From Mycobacteriales bacterium (GTDB taxonomy: Bacteria; Actinomycetota; Actinomycetes; JAFAQI01): a stretch of 64,000 nt of DNA. The DNA lies in contig DATJWM010000039.1 of NCBI GenBank assembly GCA_035501255.1, forward strand, positions 654 through 64,653. The letters are read 5' to 3'. The notes below the pieces were generated by a model. The model ran no database searches. It worked only from the letters and a program-made list of their open reading frames with translations, and was not told the DNA's origin. The translations under genes were made by a program, and so were the position numbers. This document shows positions 46,566-56,907 of this stretch, one piece after another (positions within the stretch are counted from its first letter, which is position 1; every line of letters begins with the position of its first letter).

Positions 46566-48155
46566 TCAGGCCAGCGGGGTCGCGGTGACCACTCGGGACG
46601 GTGATCCCAGCTTGGTCTTGTTCTTCGCCGCGACCCGGACGTGGTAGCGCGTGTCGGGTGTGAGCCCCCGGATCCGAACGAAGTCGCGGTGTGCGCCCAC
46701 TGGCCGGGTTTTGAACGAGCAGCCCTTCGCGGCGAACGAGCAGGTCGTGTATTCGATGCGATAGCCGGTGATCCGCTGGCCCCCGTCCTTGGCCGGTTCC
46801 GTCCAGTGGACCGAGATCGAGTGCCGACCCGAACTCGCCGACACATGGCGCGGCGCACTCGGTGGGGCAACGAGCGTGGCGGAGATTCCCTTCGCGGCGC
46901 CTCCGAAGGCGTTGACCGCGGCGACGAGGAACCGGTAGGTGTGGCCCGGCTTCAGCTTCTTGGTGTCGAAGCTCGTCTTGGTCGTCTCGCCGAACCCGCT
47001 GAAGTCGATCCCTTCAAGGATGCCGCCGTCGAAGGACTCACGGGAGACGGCTCCGTAGATCACCTCGTAGGCGATGACACCGCCGCCGGTCTGGGCGGGC
47101 GGATCCCAGGTGAGGTGCGCGACGTCCTTGTGCACGATCACCGCGAGGTTCGTCGGCGCACTCGGGGCCGCCCCGAAGATCGCGGCGGCGTTGGGCGCGC
47201 CGCTTGCGCTTCCCACTCCGGTGACCGTCCGAACCGGAGCGGCGTCGGCCTTGGCGTCCGCGGCGAACACCTGGATGCTCTGATTGCCCGCGTTGGTGAC
47301 GACCGGCTCGCCGAGCGCGTCGATCGCGATGCCGCTCGGCGCGTTCAGTCCGGTATCCGCACCCATGATCGTGTGACCCGGGAGCAATCCACCGCCGAGG
47401 CCGGGGAGAGCGAACTCGTCGGAGATGCTGTTGGTGGCGCCGTCGGTCACCCAGAAGCCGCCTTCCCCGTCCATGTGCAAGGCGGTGGGCGCGGTGATCG
47501 GGTGCTTGGACGTCCCGGTCGCGTCGACGTCGGCCGCGACGTTGCCGAACTTGCCCCGCATGTAGGCGGTGATCGTGGCCGAGCCGCTGGACGGGGTGTT
47601 CGCGACGACAATCTCGCCGAGGTCGAGATCCACTGCCAGCGCGACCGGGTGGTCGAGGTCGGTCTTGCTCCCGCTGATCGTGAGGGCCGGGAGCACGTTG
47701 CCATCCGAGCCGAGGTTGAACGCCTCCACCAGGTTGGCGGGAGGATCGACCACCCAGACGTACCCGCCCGAAATCGTGATCCCCTGAGGCTCGTCCATCG
47801 AGGTCGAGCTTCCGCTGATCGTCGCGGCCGGGGCCGCGTCACCGTCGGCATCGGCGGCGTACTTGGTGATCGAGTCGTTCCCCGCGTTCGATACGTATAC
47901 CGTCCCGCTGCTCCCCAACGCGACCCCCGTCGGATCGTCGAGCCCGGTGTCCGGCCCCGAGATCGTGGCGATCGGGGTCGCTGTCCCGGATGCGCCGGGC
48001 GCGTATTCCGACAGCGCGTTCGCCGCCGAGTCAACGGTCCAGATCACGCCGTAGTCCGGGGATGACGCCGCAGCCGCCGAGTCGGCGACGACCGTCAGCG
48101 GGGCGACGACGAGCGCAGCCGAGGCAAGGAGCGGGATGAGGATCGACGATCGCAT
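46566..48155 (-). CDS. Secreted NHL-repeat beta-propeller protein with two C-terminal fibronectin type III domains
   Basis: ATG at 48155 with a signal peptide (MRSSILIPLLASAALVVAPLTVVA). Repeated NHL-like units (GVALGSSGTVYVSNAGNDSI...) precede two Fn3-like modules. Confidence 0.7.
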   Translation of the reverse strand: MRSSILIPLLASAALVVAPLTVVADSAAAASSPDYGVIWTVDSAANALSEYAPGASGTATPIATISGPDTGLDDPTGVALGSSGTVYVSNAGNDSITKYAADADGDAAPAATISGSSTSMDEPQGITISGGYVWVVDPPANLVEAFNLGSDGNVLPALTISGSKTDLDHPVALAVDLDLGEIVVANTPSSGSATITAYMRGKFGNVAADVDATGTSKHPITAPTALHMDGEGGFWVTDGATNSISDEFALPGLGGGLLPGHTIMGADTGLNAPSGIAIDALGEPVVTNAGNQSIQVFAADAKADAAPVRTVTGVGSASGAPNAAAIFGAAPSAPTNLAVIVHKDVAHLTWDPPAQTGGGVIAYEVIYGAVSRESFDGGILEGIDFSGFGETTKTSFDTKKLKPGHTYRFLVAAVNAFGGAAKGISATLVAPPSAPRHVSASSGRHSISVHWTEPAKDGGQRITGYRIEYTTCSFAAKGCSFKTRPVGAHRDFVRIRGLTPDTRYHVRVAAKNKTKLGSPSRVVTATPLA

Positions 48156-48229
48156 GCGCGGACGGTAGCGGATCTTCACCCCATTGTGTGGGCGAAACCG
48201 CCATTGCTGGTGGGCGACCGTGACGGCGG

Positions 48230-49359
48230 CTACTTGTCGATGTCGCCCACAACAAAAAACAACGTCGTGAGGATCGGTACGAGATCGCCGACCGACGCAC
48301 CGGTGAGCAGGTGCGGGAGCACCTGAACGTTGGCGAACGACGCGGTTCGAACCTTCAGCCGCCACGGTGTCTTCTGCCCGCGGGACACGAGGTAGTACCC
48401 GTTGATCCCGAGCGGGTTCTCGGTCCAGGCGTAGGTCTCGCCCTCCGGCGCCTTGACCACCTTCGGCAGCCGGACGTTGATCGGCCCCGACGTGGTGGTG
48501 GCGAGCGTCTCCCGGCAGTACTCGGCGATGTCCAGCGAGACTTCGACCTGGTCGACAAGACACTCCAGCCGAGCCACGCAGTCACCGGCAACGCGGGTCA
48601 CGACCCGCAGTACGCCGGCCGGGAGCAGGTCGTAGGCCAGGGTGGGGTCGTCGCGACGCAGGTCCATGTCGATCCCGCTGGCTCGCGCAATCGGCCCGGA
48701 TACCCCATATCCGTCGCAGATCGTCCGGTCGAGTGATCCGATGCCCCGGTAGGGCTCCGAGGATTCGAGCAGGCGGAGGAATGCAGGCACGGTCAGCCTA
48801 CGGATCCGGTCGATGGTGAGCGCCGCGCGATCGAGCCAGCCCGTGGGCAGGTCCTGCTTGAGGCCGCCGACCTGGTTGAACATGAAGTGCATCCGACCCC
48901 CGGAAACCTCTTCCATGAGCGCCTGGATCATCTCGCGGGCACCGAACACGGTCGCTGTCGTGTCGCGGTCTGCCCCCGGGGCGGAGGCGAGAAACAACAG
49001 GTGGCTGAGCACCCGGTTGAGCTCAGCAAGCATCGTGCGGGCCCACACCGCCCGGACGGGGACGTCGATGCCCAACATTCGCTCGACCGCGATCGCCACC
49101 CCGAGCTCGTTGCTGAATGCCGCCAGCCAGTCGTGCCGATTGGCAAGGACCAGGATCTGGCGGTAGTCGCGCGCTTCGAACAGCTTCTCCGCGCCGCGAT
49201 GCATGTAGCCGACGATCGGGACGGCGTGGACGATCTGCTCGCCTTCGAGGGTGAGTGCGAGCCGAAGCGCGCCGTGTGCGGCGGGATGTTGCGGCGCGAT
49301 CTGGAGGATCACGTCGGGCTGTCCGACATCCGCGGTCGAGACGGTCAGCTCTCGCGCCA
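48230..49359 (-). CDS. Stand-alone NuoD / complex I 49-kDa (NDUFS2) family protein
   Basis: GTG at 49359 with a GGGAGG Shine-Dalgarno. NuoD signature [11 protein letters not shown]...[15 protein letters not shown]...[10 protein letters not shown]. No other nuo genes within the window. Confidence 0.8.
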
Positions 49360-49386
49360 CGCGGGCGATCCTCCCAGAACCAGGGT

Positions 49387-50160
49387 CTACCCGCGTCTGG
49401 GCATCCAACGGAAGTAGCGGACCGCGATGACGATCGAAACGACCCCCCAGATCAGCAAGGCGCCCAGCTGACGCCATGCCCAGCCGCTCGATCCGAACTG
49501 CAGCGGGTCGAACACCTTGTACAGCGCTTCGATGAAGGGTCGTAACGGCAGGTACTTCGAGATGGTCAGCATCGTCCCGCTGATGGGGAAGTAGGTGCCG
49601 GAGATGAACACCATGACGAAAAACGGCAGGTTCAGGATCGCCGGCGCCGAGTCGACGTTGGGGATGAACGACGACACGGCAATTCCGAGCGCACAGAAAA
49701 CCAGCGATGCCAGCGCGATGGTTACCACCATCGGCAGGATGTGCGCGGCCGGCAGGTGAACCCCGTAGACAACGATCGCGAACACGACGCAGACGATCGA
49801 CAGCAGCGAGGACACGATCACGGCGCTGCCGATCGAGCCGCCGATCAGCGCCCAGGACGGCAGCGGCGTCCCCCGCATCCGCTTGAGCACGCCGTCCTCG
49901 CGTTGCCGCACCAGTTTGAGCGCGATGCTCATGAAGCAGGCGCTCATGACGCCGTACGCGAGGATGCTGGGCGTGTAGTACTGCTTGAGCAACACTCCCG
50001 CGCCCAGTGTCTTGTCGTGACCGCTCCCCGCAGCGCCGACGAGGATGATGAACAACACGATCGGGAACAGGAAGGTGAAGCTGGCGGCCAGCGGGTTGCG
50101 CCAGTAGCTCTTCTGCTCGTACCCGACCTGAGTCCGGACCAGGGCGAGGTCGGCGCTCAT
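49387..50160 (-). CDS. ABC-2 type transporter permease
   Basis: Six TM helices and ABC-2 family features. Overlaps the ATPase gene stop. Confidence 0.8.
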   Translation of the reverse strand: MSADLALVRTQVGYEQKSYWRNPLAASFTFLFPIVLFIILVGAAGSGHDKTLGAGVLLKQYYTPSILAYGVMSACFMSIALKLVRQREDGVLKRMRGTPLPSWALIGGSIGSAVIVSSLLSIVCVVFAIVVYGVHLPAAHILPMVVTIALASLVFCALGIAVSSFIPNVDSAPAILNLPFFVMVFISGTYFPISGTMLTISKYLPLRPFIEALYKVFDPLQFGSSGWAWRQLGALLIWGVVSIVIAVRYFRWMPRRG

Positions 50161-51095
50161 CGGTGGTCCTCACGGGCGCCCGCATCGCCGACGGTGGCGA
50201 GGTGCGGGCCGCCGACGAGGCTGAGATAGATGTCCTCGAGACTCGGTCGGCTCGCGTTGAGGCTTTCCAGCGGGATGTTGTTGTCGAGCGACCAGCCGGT
50301 CAGGGCGTGCAGGACGGCGACGTCGTCCTCGGTGGTCAATTCACAGAAGCCGTGCTGGTCGAGCGCGACGGCGACCGGCAGGCCGCCAGGGTCCACGCCG
50401 TCGGGCAACTTGAACCGGATGTGCGCCGCCGCCCGATCCCGACCGCCGAGGGAGTCGGGAGAGCCCTCGGCGACGACCTTCCCGCTGCCGATCACCACGA
50501 TTCGATCGGCGAGTGCCTGTGCCTCGTCCATGTAGTGGGTGGTGAGCATGATCGTCGTCCCGAGGGCCCGCAGTCCCGCCACCATCTCCCACGCGCCGCG
50601 CCGAGCCGACGGATCGAACCCGGTCGTCGGCTCGTCGAGGAACAGCAACGCGGGGTTGCCGATGATGCCGTAGGCGACGTCGAGGCGCCGTTGCTGACCG
50701 CCGGAGAGCTTGCTCACCCGTGCACCAGCTTTCTCCTCCAGCCCGACCAGACCGATCACTTCGTCGACGTTGCGCGGGTTCGGGTAGTAGTCCGCGGTGC
50801 GGTTGAGCGTCTCGCGAACGGTGAGGTACGGGTCGGCCGCGGTGCCTTGGAGCACGATCCCGATCCCTTCACGCCAGGCCCGATCGCCATGCTGCGGGTC
50901 GCGCCCGAGGACGCTCACCTGACCGCTGTCGCGGTGCAGATACCCCTCGAGCACCTCGAGGGTCGTCGTCTTGCCCGCGCCGTTGGGTCCGAGAAGAGCC
51001 ACGCAGGCGCCCTCCTCGACGGTGAACGTCACGCCCGCTACGGCGCGGACGCTGCCGTAGCTCTTGTGCAGATCGTCGACGACGATTGCGGCCAT
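50157..51095 (-). CDS. ABC transporter ATP-binding protein
   Basis: ATG at 51095. Walker [10 protein letters not shown], signature LSGGQQRR, Walker B LLFLDEPT. Confidence 0.9.
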   Translation of the reverse strand: MAAIVVDDLHKSYGSVRAVAGVTFTVEEGACVALLGPNGAGKTTTLEVLEGYLHRDSGQVSVLGRDPQHGDRAWREGIGIVLQGTAADPYLTVRETLNRTADYYPNPRNVDEVIGLVGLEEKAGARVSKLSGGQQRRLDVAYGIIGNPALLFLDEPTTGFDPSARRGAWEMVAGLRALGTTIMLTTHYMDEAQALADRIVVIGSGKVVAEGSPDSLGGRDRAAAHIRFKLPDGVDPGGLPVAVALDQHGFCELTTEDDVAVLHALTGWSLDNNIPLESLNASRPSLEDIYLSLVGGPHLATVGDAGAREDHR

Positions 51096-51135
51096 GTCGG
51101 TGGTGCCTCTCTGATGCGACAACTGCCTGTCGACG

Positions 51136-52194
51136 CTACGGGTTCCTCGACGCCGCCCCAATCGGGGGTAGGACCTCTCGTCCGGACAGCAGCCAGGTGA
51201 AGCCGCCGAGTCCGGACGGGTCGGCAAGGGTGGCCACGTCGCCGGCAGCCTTCAGTCCGGAGATGAACTCGACCGGATCACCGGCGTAGGTGGTCGTCGG
51301 TTCCGCGACGCCGAGTGCGGCCAGCGCGTCGTGCTGCGTGATCAGGAGGTCACCCTCGGTGGCGAGCGAGTCGAACAGGACGTGCGCGGTCAGGTCACAC
51401 GAGCCGTCCGGGACGGGTCGGACCTCGCGCCCGCACCGATAGCCGGTCAACGTCCCCGCCCGGTGCAGCTCAGGGTGGGCGGCGTAGTCGATCGCGACCG
51501 CCACCCCACGGTCGAGGCAGGCGCACAGGGTGCGCCAGAGGGCATCCCGCGTCCGCCCGATCTCGATCCGGTCGCCCGGCTCGTGCACGGGCCACCAGCG
51601 TTGCTGCCAGGCGAGCGCGTCCCCTGCGAGGCGAGGGCCGAGTGTCTCCTCGCCGGTGAGATGAACGTCGATCCGGTGCGGACCGTGGGTGGTGTTGATC
51701 GCGACGTCGATCGGCACGACGTCGAGCAGCTCGTTCGCCAGCAGCAAGCCGGTGAACCCCTTGGGTGGTTCGGAGCGCCAATCAACGCGGTCGCACAACC
51801 CTTCCGGGCGGGGCGCGACATCGACCCCCACCAGCTGCCAATGCTGGGGCGTCATTGCCGCGAGCTCGTGCAGGAGTTCGCCGCCCCCGGCGCCGACGTC
51901 GACGACGCTGAACCGCCCCGGCCCGACCGCCTCCTCGACTCGCCGGGCCAGCGCCGCGATCACCGTTGCCCATCGGGCGTTGTCGTGTGCTGACGTCCGG
52001 AAGTGGCGCGCGGGGGTCCCGCTCGTGCGGTAGAAGCCACGCTCGCCGTACAACGCTCGGTCGATCGCCGTGCTCCAAGGCACGGGCGGCGCAGTCAAGC
52101 GCTGCGCGAGGGATGCTGCCGGCGCCTGCACCCCCGACACGTTACGGCGTACCCTGTTCGCGTCCGGTACCCCGCCGTGAGGACTGGAACCCAT
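51136..52194 (-). CDS. MidA/NDUFAF7-family (DUF185, COG1565) SAM-dependent methyltransferase
   Basis: ATG at 52194 with a GGAGGGAG Shine-Dalgarno. Family-like motifs: FYRTSG, VVDVGAGGGELL, VDVAPRPEGL, and LLANELLDVVPIDV (the ANE(L/F)xDAxP motif). Confidence 0.65.
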   Translation of the reverse strand: MGSSPHGGVPDANRVRRNVSGVQAPAASLAQRLTAPPVPWSTAIDRALYGERGFYRTSGTPARHFRTSAHDNARWATVIAALARRVEEAVGPGRFSVVDVGAGGGELLHELAAMTPQHWQLVGVDVAPRPEGLCDRVDWRSEPPKGFTGLLLANELLDVVPIDVAINTTHGPHRIDVHLTGEETLGPRLAGDALAWQQRWWPVHEPGDRIEIGRTRDALWRTLCACLDRGVAVAIDYAAHPELHRAGTLTGYRCGREVRPVPDGSCDLTAHVLFDSLATEGDLLITQHDALAALGVAEPTTTYAGDPVEFISGLKAAGDVATLADPSGLGGFTWLLSGREVLPPIGAASRNP

Positions 52195-53095
52195 GACCTC
52201 GCTCCCTCCGGCGCAGCGTCCTGCCCGGCTCGCGGTCGGCGCCATCGGTGCCGGCCGGGTAGGGGCCGTGCTGCTCGCCGCGCTCGCCCGCGCCGGGCAC
52301 CGAGCAGTGGCCGTGTCCGCGGTCTCGCAGCCGAGCCTGCGACGGGCGGAACTGCTGATCCCGCAAGCCGAGGTCCTTGCCGCGGACGAGGTCGCGGCAC
52401 GCAGCGAGCTGTTGCTGCTTGCCGTCCCCGACGACGAGCTGGCTGATCTGGTGCGCGGTCTCGCAGGCTCCGGCGTCGTGCGTCGAGGCACGCTCGTCGT
52501 CCACACCAGCGGCGCGCACGGAATCGGGGTGCTCGCCCCCCTGACCGACACCGGTGCGCTTCCCCTTGCCCTGCACCCGGCGATGACGTTCACCGGCACG
52601 GAGGTTGATCTCCAACGGCTCGGCGGGGCGTGTTTCGGAGTCACGACGGTTGGCGACCTTCGCCCGGTGGCGGAGGCGATCGTGATCGAGATGGGCGCCG
52701 AACCGGTGTGGATCGAGGAAACCGCGCGGGCGGTCTACCACGCCGGGCTCGCGTTCGGGGCAAACAACCTCGTGACTCTCGTCGCGCAGGCCGGCGATCT
52801 GCTTCGCGCTGCCGGCGTCGAGCGCCCGCAGAGCATGCTCGGTCCGTTGCTCGGCGCTGCGCTCGACAACGCGTTGCGCCACGGCGATCGGGCGCTGACC
52901 GGTCCGGTCGCGCGCGGAGACGCGTCGACCGTTCTCGCCCATCTGGAGGCGATCTCGGCGAGCGCGCCGGAGGCCATCCGCGCCTACGTCGAGATGTCCC
53001 GCCTGACCGCGCTGCGTGCGCTTGCCGCCGGGATCCTCAGCGCCGAACGGGCGGAGGCACTGCTCGACGTGCTAGCGGCCCGGGAACGCGAGTGA
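52193..53095 (+). CDS. Rossmann-fold DUF2520 protein (Rv3603c-like)
   Basis: NAD(P)-binding GAIGAGRVG. Conserved position upstream of panC. Confidence 0.8.
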   Translation: MTSLPPAQRPARLAVGAIGAGRVGAVLLAALARAGHRAVAVSAVSQPSLRRAELLIPQAEVLAADEVAARSELLLLAVPDDELADLVRGLAGSGVVRRGTLVVHTSGAHGIGVLAPLTDTGALPLALHPAMTFTGTEVDLQRLGGACFGVTTVGDLRPVAEAIVIEMGAEPVWIEETARAVYHAGLAFGANNLVTLVAQAGDLLRAAGVERPQSMLGPLLGAALDNALRHGDRALTGPVARGDASTVLAHLEAISASAPEAIRAYVEMSRLTALRALAAGILSAERAEALLDVLAARERE

Positions 53096-53952
53096 CCGCA
53101 CCTCGCGTCGCGCGCACGGTCGAGGAGCTTGCTCTCGCCAGAGCCGAGCTATCGGGCCGAGTGGCGGTCGTGATGACCATGGGCGCGCTGCACGAGGGTC
53201 ACCTGAACCTCATGCGGGAGGGCAGGGAACGTTCCGACTCGCTGCTGGTCACCATCTTCGTCAACCCGTTGCAGTTCGGGCCGAACGAGGACTTCGATCG
53301 CTACCCGCGCTCACTGGCCGTCGACCTGGACACGTGCGCCCGGGCGGGGGTCGACCTGGTCTTCGCGCCGTCGGTCGAGGCCATGTACCCGCCGGGCGAG
53401 CCGATTCCCTGGGTCAGCGCGGGCCATCTGGGGACCGTGCTTGAGGGTGAGTCGCGCCCGGGGCACTTCGACGGCGTGGTGACGGTCGTGGTGAAGCTCC
53501 TGCGTCTGACCCGGCCGGACCTCGCGCTGTTCGGGCAGAAGGACGCGCAGCAGCTCGCCCTGATCCGCCGCGCGGTTGCCGATCATGACCTTGCGGTGGA
53601 AATCATCGGGGTGCCAACGGTGCGCGAGCCGGACGGCCTGGCGATGTCCAGCCGTAACCGCTATCTCGACCCTCCCGGCCGGCAGGTCGCTCGCGTGCTG
53701 TCCCGCGCGCTGATGGTGGGAGCGCACGCGTCTCCGGGCGGAGCCGACGCGGTGCTCATGGCCGCGCGTTCGGTGCTGGCCGACACTCCGGAGGTGGCGG
53801 TGGACTATCTGGTGCTCGTCGACGACGCGACGTGGGAGGCACCTGACAGCACTACCACCGATGCGCGACTATTGGTCGCCGGTCGGATCGGTGCGACCAG
53901 GCTGATCGACAATGTCGCTGTTGCCCTCGGCACCCGAGACTCAGTGGGCTGA
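53092..53952 (+). CDS. panC: Pantoate--beta-alanine ligase
   Basis: GTG at 53092 forms a GTGA overlap with the upstream gene. Motifs MGALHEGHL and FVNPLQFG. Confidence 0.9.
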   Translation: MTAPRVARTVEELALARAELSGRVAVVMTMGALHEGHLNLMREGRERSDSLLVTIFVNPLQFGPNEDFDRYPRSLAVDLDTCARAGVDLVFAPSVEAMYPPGEPIPWVSAGHLGTVLEGESRPGHFDGVVTVVVKLLRLTRPDLALFGQKDAQQLALIRRAVADHDLAVEIIGVPTVREPDGLAMSSRNRYLDPPGRQVARVLSRALMVGAHASPGGADAVLMAARSVLADTPEVAVDYLVLVDDATWEAPDSTTTDARLLVAGRIGATRLIDNVAVALGTRDSVG

Positions 53953-53961
53953 AGGAGAGAC

Positions 53962-54729
53962 GTGCTCCTCACGATCGATGTCGGCAACACCAACACGGTC
54001 ATCGGCTACTTCGACGGCGATCGCCTTGCCGAGTCGTGGCGGATCAAGACGGACACCCGCGCGACCGCGGACGAGCTGGCACTGCTGTTTCGGGGCCTGC
54101 TCGTCGACAGCCCACCGCCGGACGGCATCGCTGCCTGTTCGACCGTTCCCTCGGTGCTGCACGAATTGCGCGGCGTCTTTGCCCGCCACTACCCGACCGT
54201 CCCCGCCGTGATCGTCGAGCCGGGCGTCAAGACCGGTGTTCCGTTGCTCTACGACAACCCCAGGGAGGTCGGCGCCGACCGAATCGTCAACACCCTCGCG
54301 GCGTTCTCCCTCTACGGGGGACCGGCCATCGTCGTCGACTTCGGTACGTCGACCAACTTCGACGTCGTGAGCGACAAGGGTGAGTTCCTCGGAGGTGCGC
54401 TCGCGCCGGGGATCGAGATCTCGATCGACGCACTCGCCGCGCGCGGCGCGCGGCTGTTCAAAGTCGAGCTTGCCCGGCCTCGGACCGTGATCGCGAAGAG
54501 CACCGTCGAGGCGTTGCAGTCCGGGATGGTCTACGGGTTCGCCGGTCAGATTGACGGCCTCGTACGCCGGATCAGCGAGGAGATCGACGCGGATCCGGTC
54601 GTGATCGCGACCGGGGGCCTCGCGCCGCTCGTGATCGACGAGTGCGAGACCGTGACCGAATACGAGCCCGACCTGACTTTGATCGGGCTGCGCCTGGTCT
54701 TCGAGCGCAACGTCACCGAACTCCCATAG
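53962..54729 (+). CDS. coaX: Type III pantothenate kinase
   Basis: MLLTIDVGNTNT start with an AGGAGAGA Shine-Dalgarno. CoaX fold. Confidence 0.9.
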   Translation: MLLTIDVGNTNTVIGYFDGDRLAESWRIKTDTRATADELALLFRGLLVDSPPPDGIAACSTVPSVLHELRGVFARHYPTVPAVIVEPGVKTGVPLLYDNPREVGADRIVNTLAAFSLYGGPAIVVDFGTSTNFDVVSDKGEFLGGALAPGIEISIDALAARGARLFKVELARPRTVIAKSTVEALQSGMVYGFAGQIDGLVRRISEEIDADPVVIATGGLAPLVIDECETVTEYEPDLTLIGLRLVFERNVTELP

Positions 54730-54817
54730 CGGCGTCACGCCGGTACGGGTATGGCAGAGCGGCGTCACGCCGCTACGGGTATGGCAGAGCGGCGTCACGC
54801 CGGTATCGGGGTCGATA
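54728..54817 (+). repeat. Tandem array C of the 30-bp repeat (about 2.6 copies), reverse-complement orientation relative to array B
   Basis: The unit AGCGGCGTCACGCCGGTACGGGTATGGCAG begins inside the coaX TAG stop codon. Its reverse complement shares CGTACCGGCGTGACGCCGCT (20/20) with array B. Confidence 0.85.
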
Positions 54818-54829
54818 ACCTTGCCCGCT

Positions 54830-56347
54830 GTGAGCGACGTGACCGATCAGCCCAACGAGGTCCCGGACTCCGCCGGTTCTGCGGAGTCCGAGCAGATGCG
54901 CGTCCGCCGAGAGAAGCTTGCCCGGATCGAGGCCGACGGCGGCACCGGATATCCGGTGGGTGTGCCGCGCACGGCGACGGCGGCACAGGTGAGGCAGCGA
55001 TTCCCCGATCTGGAGGCGGATGCCTCGACCGGTCAACGGGTGTCGGTCGTGGGCCGCGTGATGCTCAAGCGCGATGGCGGCAAGCTGTGTTTCGCGACTC
55101 TGCGCGACGGGTCCGGTGAGCTCCAGGTCATGCTCTCCCTCGACCGGCTGGGCGAGGACCGGCTCGGAGCGTGGAAGCGCGACGTCGACCTCGGCGACCA
55201 CGTCAGCGTCGACGGCGAGGTGATCACCAGCAAGCGGGGCGAGCTATCGGTGCTCGCGGACGGATGGACGATGGCCGGCAAGGCCTTGCGGCCGTTGCCG
55301 GAGAAGTGGCACGGCCTTGCTGATGAGGAGACCCGGGTGCGTCGCCGGTATCTCGACCTGATCGTCAACCAGGACGCCCGCGAACTCGTGCGCGTGCGGG
55401 CCGTCGTCCTTGCGTCACTGCGTCGGACGCTGGACGCTCGCGGCTTCATCGAGGTTGAGACACCGGTTCTCCAGGTCTTGCACGGCGGCGCCGCGGCCCG
55501 CCCGTTCGCGACCCATCTCAACGCCTTCGATCTCGACATGTATCTGCGGATCGCCCTCGAACTTCCGCTCAAACGCCTGGTCGTCGGTGGCATCGAGCGG
55601 GTGTATGAGATCGGTCGCAACTTCCGCAACGAAGGCGTGGACACCTCGCACAGCCCCGAGTTCACGATGCTGGAGGCCTACGAGGCTTTCGGTGACTACG
55701 ATTCGATGGCCGAGCTGACCCGGGCGCTGGTTCTCGACGCGGCCCGCGCGCTGGGCGGCTCCGTCGTCCCGCGGGCCGGCGGTGGTGAGCTCGAGCTCGA
55801 CGTGCCTTGGCGCACGGTCACCGTGTACGGCGCCGTCAGCGAGGCGGCGGGCGAGACGATCACACCCGATACGCCGGGAGACGACCTCGTTCGGATTGCG
55901 CGCGCGCACGACGTCACGCTTCGACCCGAGTGGGATCACGCCGAGATCGTCCTCGAGCTCTACGAACAGCTCGTCGAGCACACCTTGATCGAGCCGACCT
56001 TCGTGCGCGACTACCCGGCCGATGCCCGCCCGCTCGCCCGCCCGCATCGTGAGGATCCACGCCTGGCCGAGGCCTGGGATCTGGTCATCAACGGGATCGA
56101 GCTCGCCCCGGCGTACTCCGAGCTCGTCGATCCGCTCGAGCAGCGTCGGCGGCTGACCGAGCAGTCGGCCCGCGCGGCGGGCGGCGACGCCGAGGCGATG
56201 CAGCTCGACGAGGACTTCCTGCGAGCGCTCGAGCACGGCGCACCGCCGATGGGGGGAATGGGCCTGGGCGTCGACCGCCTGATCATGCTGCTGACCGGCG
56301 TCAACATTCGTGAGGCAATCACCTTTCCATTGTTGCGGCCGCTCTAG
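54830..56347 (+). CDS. lysS: Lysine--tRNA ligase (class II)
   Basis: Collinear with Mtb LysS, including motifs 2 and 3. The start is GTG 54830 or TTG 54821. Confidence 0.9.
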   Translation: MSDVTDQPNEVPDSAGSAESEQMRVRREKLARIEADGGTGYPVGVPRTATAAQVRQRFPDLEADASTGQRVSVVGRVMLKRDGGKLCFATLRDGSGELQVMLSLDRLGEDRLGAWKRDVDLGDHVSVDGEVITSKRGELSVLADGWTMAGKALRPLPEKWHGLADEETRVRRRYLDLIVNQDARELVRVRAVVLASLRRTLDARGFIEVETPVLQVLHGGAAARPFATHLNAFDLDMYLRIALELPLKRLVVGGIERVYEIGRNFRNEGVDTSHSPEFTMLEAYEAFGDYDSMAELTRALVLDAARALGGSVVPRAGGGELELDVPWRTVTVYGAVSEAAGETITPDTPGDDLVRIARAHDVTLRPEWDHAEIVLELYEQLVEHTLIEPTFVRDYPADARPLARPHREDPRLAEAWDLVINGIELAPAYSELVDPLEQRRRLTEQSARAAGGDAEAMQLDEDFLRALEHGAPPMGGMGLGVDRLIMLLTGVNIREAITFPLLRPL

Positions 56348-56461
56348 CCCGGACCAATGCCCGGTTGATAGTTACCGGAAATCCTGTCGTGCCGCGTCGT
56401 TGTTGACGGTGGGATATGGTCGGATCGATCGGCAGTTTTCGTATTGGCGGGAGAATTCACC

Positions 56462-56794
56462 ATGGCCCAACGAGTCCAAATTCTTTTGGTCTGTGACCTG
56501 CACGACGACGACACCGCAGGCACCGAGACGGTGTCTTTCACCGTCGATGGATCCTCCTACGAGATTGACGTGTGCGATTCACACGCCAGCGAAATGCGCG
56601 AGGCATTCGCGCCGTACGTTGCCGCGGCCCGACGCAGCAGCCGCGGGTCGGCGGGTCGTCGTCGCCGTCGGGGCCGGGCGGCCGGCGCGGACCCCGGCGA
56701 GGTGCGCGCGTGGGCGCGGGCGAACAACGTCAAGGTCAGCGAGCGTGGCCGAATCAGCGCCGAAGTGCTCGACCAGTACGCCGCCGCGCACTGA
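56462..56794 (+). CDS. lsr2: Nucleoid-associated protein Lsr2
   Basis: ATG at 56462 with a GGGAGAA Shine-Dalgarno. N-terminal dimerisation domain, Arg-rich linker (GRRRRRGRAAG), and C-terminal DNA-binding RGR region similar to Mtb Lsr2. It lies between lysS and clpC1 as in mycobacteria. Confidence 0.9.
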   Translation: MAQRVQILLVCDLHDDDTAGTETVSFTVDGSSYEIDVCDSHASEMREAFAPYVAAARRSSRGSAGRRRRRGRAAGADPGEVRAWARANNVKVSERGRISAEVLDQYAAAH

Positions 56795-56907
56795 GCCCAA
56801 CCTCCACCGAACCGGCCACCGTTGCCTCGGAGGTCGAATCCGAGAAGTTTCCGCCGTGGGCTGAACCGGAATGCTCGACCGGTCGATGAGGTTGTCAACC
56901 CGATAGT

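Noticed and set aside
48230-50185. 651-aa ORF spanning the NuoD-like gene and the ABC permease region.
   Set aside because: It is a chimeric open frame. The N-terminal 275 codons are an out-of-frame read of the permease and ATPase genes. NuoD homology starts at the GTG at 49359, which has its own Shine-Dalgarno.
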